Source: Gemmatimonadota bacterium (GTDB taxonomy: Bacteria > Gemmatimonadota > Gemmatimonadetes > Palauibacterales > KS3-K002). Taken from it: a stretch of DNA of 28,562 nucleotides. The DNA lies in assembly GCA_039586795.1 (NCBI GenBank), contig JBDHJS010000045.1:1-28562 (forward strand). The letters are read 5' to 3'. The position numbers and the translations under genes were made by a program. Shown piece after piece: positions 25,269-28,562 of this stretch (the stretch's first letter is position 1; each line of letters opens with the position of its first letter). Below the pieces are notes generated by a model, which had not been told where the DNA came from, made no database searches, and saw nothing but the letters and a program-made list of their open reading frames with translations.

Positions 25269-28199
25269 TCACTGGTCCGTAACGTCGGCGGTGAGCCGCG
25301 CGATTCTAGCGCGCACGTCATTTACTAACGGTTGGTACTCGGGATCGGCATCCCGCCAGCGGGCGACGAAGCGCCGGTAATGACGCACGGCCTCCGCCGG
25401 GTCGCCCAGCCGCTCGTGGACCTCGCCCTGCCGCAGCCGGGCCGGAGCAGTAAAGACGAACTCATCGTATAGCCAGCCCAGCGTGCTGTACCATCCGATA
25501 GCTTCCTGGTCGCGTCCCAGATGCATCAGCGCCTCGGCGCGGAGGAAGCGGCCCAACGGACGAAATCCCAGCGCGATGATCTGCGGAGGGCCGAACTTTG
25601 CCCTCAGCTCGGCATCCGCGAGGAGCGAGAGCGCCGCCTGCCAATCGCCCCGTTCCATCGCACTCATGGCCCGCACCTCGAGGGCGAGGTCGCTAAGCAG
25701 TCCGATCGAGTCGGCAGGCTCATTGGCGCGCTCGAGCTGCTCGGCGTAGCGCGCCGCGGCGTCCGCATCGCCCAGCCGGGCGCTGAGCAGTCCGAGCGTG
25801 TAGGTTTGGGCATGTGGCGCCAGCCACAGCGGAATCGACCACCCTCGGGTACGATCGCCCCTCCAGAAGCGGTACGCCGCCGGCGGACTCCATTGTTCCA
25901 AGGAATCGCGGATCGCCCGGAGCGACGTGGAGTTGAGCTCGAAGAAGGGGAAGGCGCTGAACCAGGCCCGCTCCAGAACACCCACCCCGGCGATCAGCCG
26001 GTTCGCCTCCGCGAAGTGCGACGCCGCGCTCTCCCATTGCCCGCCGGCGAGAGCCAGCCAGGCCGTCAGATGATGGCCGACGGCGAGCTGGCTGTCCGGC
26101 CGGGCCGGATCCGTTAGCCGCGCCGCGATCCGCCGCGCGTCGGCCAGGCTGTCCGTGTACAAGCAGGTCGCCCAGCTCCGGTTGACCAGGGATCCGAACC
26201 ATCGACCCTCCAGCACGGCGAAATACCGTTCCCGCCCGGCGGAGTCCTCGGGAGGCACCCAATAGCGGCCACTCCAACGCCACCACAAGGAATCGCCCCG
26301 CGCCTTCCGGCCATCATAATAGGCGACGATCGCCATGGAGTTCACGACCCACAGGTTCGCGCTGTCCGGATCGAGCTCGAGCGCTCGCTGGTACGCCGTC
26401 TCCGCCTCCGGCGCGTTGTGTCGTCCCAGCTGCCATGCACACGGGTACGACAACGCGTCTCCCAGGTACCGCCACGCTTCCGCCGCGTCGGGGTAGGCCA
26501 CGACCATGGCCCGCGCCGCCCGCTCCATCGCGCCGCAGTCGCCACGCGTGAAGGCGAGATACATCGCCAGCCAGGCCCGGTTGCGGGCGCTCAGGCGGAA
26601 GTGCAGGGTGTGAGCGCGCTCGAGGGCCGGGATCCACCGGTCAGGCTGGAGCCCCAAGAATTCGCCCGCCTCGGCCAGCCGCGCCCAGGCCAGCGCGAAC
26701 ATGGAGTCTTCTTCGACCGCCGTCTGGAATTCGACCCGGGCGGAATCGGTGTGGTGCCGGCGCATGTAGGCCTGACCCCGCAAGTAAGCTCGCAAAGCGG
26801 CGTAGCTGGTCGTGGAAGCGGAGCTGACGCTTCCGAGGAACTCGCCCCGCACCGGTTGCGTGTACACCAGGATGTCCCGGGCCACGGCATCGACTAGCGC
26901 CTGAATCTCCTGCAGCTTTCCGGCGTGATCGCTCCGCCACATCGAGTCGCTGGCCAGCGAGTAGAGCGACGCCGAGATGCGGACGGTTTCGCTCAGATCC
27001 AGGAGCCGGCCAAGCACGAAGTGGGTGGCCCCGAGTTCCCGGGCGATGCGGCGCGCGCGCTCGATCTCGACCTCGCCGGACGTCCTGGAGCGCCCGAGCT
27101 GGCCGAGCACCGAGTAGGGATCCACCTCGCGCAACTCGCCCGCGCCGTCCAGCGCCGAACCGAGGAGCTCCATCAGGCCCACGTCGAGGTCGGCATACTC
27201 GGCGTCCGGCGGGACGCTGAACGGGAAGACCGCCACCCGCGTGAACTCGCTGGCCGTCCCGGCCTCGCGACCCCAACCGACATACCAGGCGGCCAGCCCC
27301 GCCACGATTCCCAATGTGACGACGGCTACCGCGGCCCCGAGCGTCCAGCCGGACCTCGACCGTATGCCCTGTTCGACGTCGACGGCGTTGGTGTCGAATT
27401 GATCGGCGGCCGGTTTGCCCGGGGCTCCGTCGGCCTCGGGGATCGGAGTGGCCGCGGCCGCCTGCCCCACCGGTTGAGCTACTCGACCCGCATCGTTCCG
27501 CATGCGCTCCACGAGAGCCCGGAATTCCGCGTCGGGCTCCAACTCCAGCTCCGCCGACAAACGGCGCTCGTGCTCCTCCGCGACGCGGAGCGCGTTCCCG
27601 GGGTCTCCCGCCTGCCCCAGCGCCAGCATCAACCGCCCGGCCACCCGCGTGTTGACCGGATCGTGCGCCAACAGCCGCTGCCACCAGGCGGCCGCGGTCA
27701 CAAACTGGCGCTCCGTCTCCGCTCGCTCCGCCAACGCCTCGAGCAACTCGGCGTAGCGTCCCTCGAGCCGGCGCCGCTCCAACTCGATCCAGCGATCGAA
27801 CTCCGGAGCGGCTGACAAGTAGAAACCGTCCATGAACGGACCGCCGTACAGCTCCGCGGCCCGTTCCAACTCGCCCTGCTCCGTCGCCGAATCGAAGGCC
27901 CTGACGTCGGCGCTCACGATCTCGGGATTGAGCCGTAGGAATTCGGCGGAGGAGAGCACGGCGTCTTCGCCCAGCGCATTGCGCACCACGTAGACGCTGT
28001 TGGCCAGTAGATGACGGGCTTGTGGCTCCTCTCGCTCCGGCCAGAAGTACCCCACCAGCTTGTCGCGGCTGCACCCCTTGTCTCCAAACGCGGCGAGCAC
28101 CGCCAGCAGAGCCAGTCGGCGCTGCTGGGCGGCCGGACCGGAGAGCGGCCCGGACGGACCCACCAGACTGACGCCGCCGAGGAGTCGTAACGAGAACAT
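25269..28199 (-). CDS. Membrane-anchored SARP-like regulator: winged helix + BTAD, transmembrane helix, TolB-N-like segment and TPR repeats
   Basis: LRLLGG...RRLALLAVLA...SRDKLVGYFWPE (wHTH), DVRAF..LYGGPFMDGF..FDRWIELERRRL..DPVN..LMLAL (BTAD), TM segment WTLGAAVAVVTLGIVAGLAAWYVGWG, VAVFPF, A..AYLRG, DSMFALAWARLA, ALELDP, YRRFVARWRDADPEYQPLV. Confidence 0.88.
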   Translation of the reverse strand: MFSLRLLGGVSLVGPSGPLSGPAAQQRRLALLAVLAAFGDKGCSRDKLVGYFWPEREEPQARHLLANSVYVVRNALGEDAVLSSAEFLRLNPEIVSADVRAFDSATEQGELERAAELYGGPFMDGFYLSAAPEFDRWIELERRRLEGRYAELLEALAERAETERQFVTAAAWWQRLLAHDPVNTRVAGRLMLALGQAGDPGNALRVAEEHERRLSAELELEPDAEFRALVERMRNDAGRVAQPVGQAAAATPIPEADGAPGKPAADQFDTNAVDVEQGIRSRSGWTLGAAVAVVTLGIVAGLAAWYVGWGREAGTASEFTRVAVFPFSVPPDAEYADLDVGLMELLGSALDGAGELREVDPYSVLGQLGRSRTSGEVEIERARRIARELGATHFVLGRLLDLSETVRISASLYSLASDSMWRSDHAGKLQEIQALVDAVARDILVYTQPVRGEFLGSVSSASTTSYAALRAYLRGQAYMRRHHTDSARVEFQTAVEEDSMFALAWARLAEAGEFLGLQPDRWIPALERAHTLHFRLSARNRAWLAMYLAFTRGDCGAMERAARAMVVAYPDAAEAWRYLGDALSYPCAWQLGRHNAPEAETAYQRALELDPDSANLWVVNSMAIVAYYDGRKARGDSLWWRWSGRYWVPPEDSAGRERYFAVLEGRWFGSLVNRSWATCLYTDSLADARRIAARLTDPARPDSQLAVGHHLTAWLALAGGQWESAASHFAEANRLIAGVGVLERAWFSAFPFFELNSTSLRAIRDSLEQWSPPAAYRFWRGDRTRGWSIPLWLAPHAQTYTLGLLSARLGDADAAARYAEQLERANEPADSIGLLSDLALEVRAMSAMERGDWQAALSLLADAELRAKFGPPQIIALGFRPLGRFLRAEALMHLGRDQEAIGWYSTLGWLYDEFVFTAPARLRQGEVHERLGDPAEAVRHYRRFVARWRDADPEYQPLVNDVRARIARLTADVTDQ

Positions 28200-28220
28200 G
28201 AATTAACGCCCCGCTAGCTG

Positions 28221-28264
28221 GTGATCGAGAAGGGGTTTTGCAGCGATCTGCGGGTGATCTGCGG
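28221..28264 (+). promoter_or_regulatory. 11-bp-phased direct repeats, candidate SARP/BTAD binding site
   Basis: GCGATCTGCGG (28243) and GTGATCTGCGG (28254) in tandem; GTGATC at 28221 is in the same 11-bp register. Confidence 0.5.
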
Positions 28265-28353
28265 CCTTCAAGTTAGTCCGCACACACGAAGTCGCGCCAG
28301 CGACGCGCTCACTGGCGCGCATCGCGCCCTACACCTCAGCAGGAGAGTGTCCA

Positions 28354-28562
28354 ATGCGTATCACGCGATTAGCCTTGCTCGCCGCCCCCCTGATGCTGCT
28401 GGCCTGCGACCGGGAGCCGGCAGCACCGGAGGTCGACGTCGCGCCGAGCCTCGGAGCGACGTCGGACTGGCTCGAGGACGACTACACCATACCCGCGAAC
28501 CCTCCATACTACGCGCCGTGCATCGACGATTACGTCGTCGAGCAGGGCACGGTCCATCGCAG
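28354..28562 (+). CDS. Putative lipoprotein, N-terminal part; runs off the window edge
   Basis: Not in the ORF track. AGGAG RBS at 28341; MRITRLALLAAPLMLLA-C-DREPAAPEV has a lipobox (LLAC); frame stays open to the window end. Confidence 0.78.
   Translation, partial: MRITRLALLAAPLMLLACDREPAAPEVDVAPSLGATSDWLEDDYTIPANPPYYAPCIDDYVVEQGTVHR

Noticed and set aside
26641..28074. 477-aa alternative-frame ORF inside the BTAD gene
   Set aside because: Arg/Gly/Ala-rich frame-shifted shadow typical of high-GC coding DNA.
28369..28557. 62-aa minus-strand ORF
   Set aside because: Antisense to the better-supported lipoprotein start at 28354 (RBS plus lipobox).

Overview
GC-rich bacterial chromosomal window with about 21 protein-coding genes and no rRNA, tRNA, CRISPR or transposase that I can recognise. 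Gemmatimonadota-like origin is an inference from the membrane-anchored BTAD/TPR regulator and the secreted peptidase repertoire. Left (1-11.1 kb): a cluster of signal-peptide-bearing peptidases (two S9 peptidases, a tricorn S41 protease, a zinc metalloprotease) plus a BNR/Asp-box lipoprotein. Middle: nitrilase + DUF2277, class V PLP enzyme + ornithine cyclodeaminase/mu-crystallin family gene, small membrane proteins (HdeD-like, DedA), ketopantoate reductase and sdhCAB. Right: a DUF3253 + renalase-like pair divergent from a ferritin-like gene, then a BTAD-TM-TPR regulator divergent from a lipoprotein. Most notable observations: (1) a symmetric operator of four 11-bp nAnnTnnACAn boxes (CarH/LitR-like) covering two back-to-back TTGACA -35 elements at 23682-23726; (2) an apparent acyl-CoA dehydrogenase C-terminal remnant fused in frame to the second S9 peptidase; (3) a 175-bp heptamer-based fold-back element with a partial copy on the other side of the HdeD-like gene; (4) 11-bp-phased SARP-like direct repeats between the BTAD regulator and the lipoprotein. 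All family calls are from motif recognition only; no searches were run.
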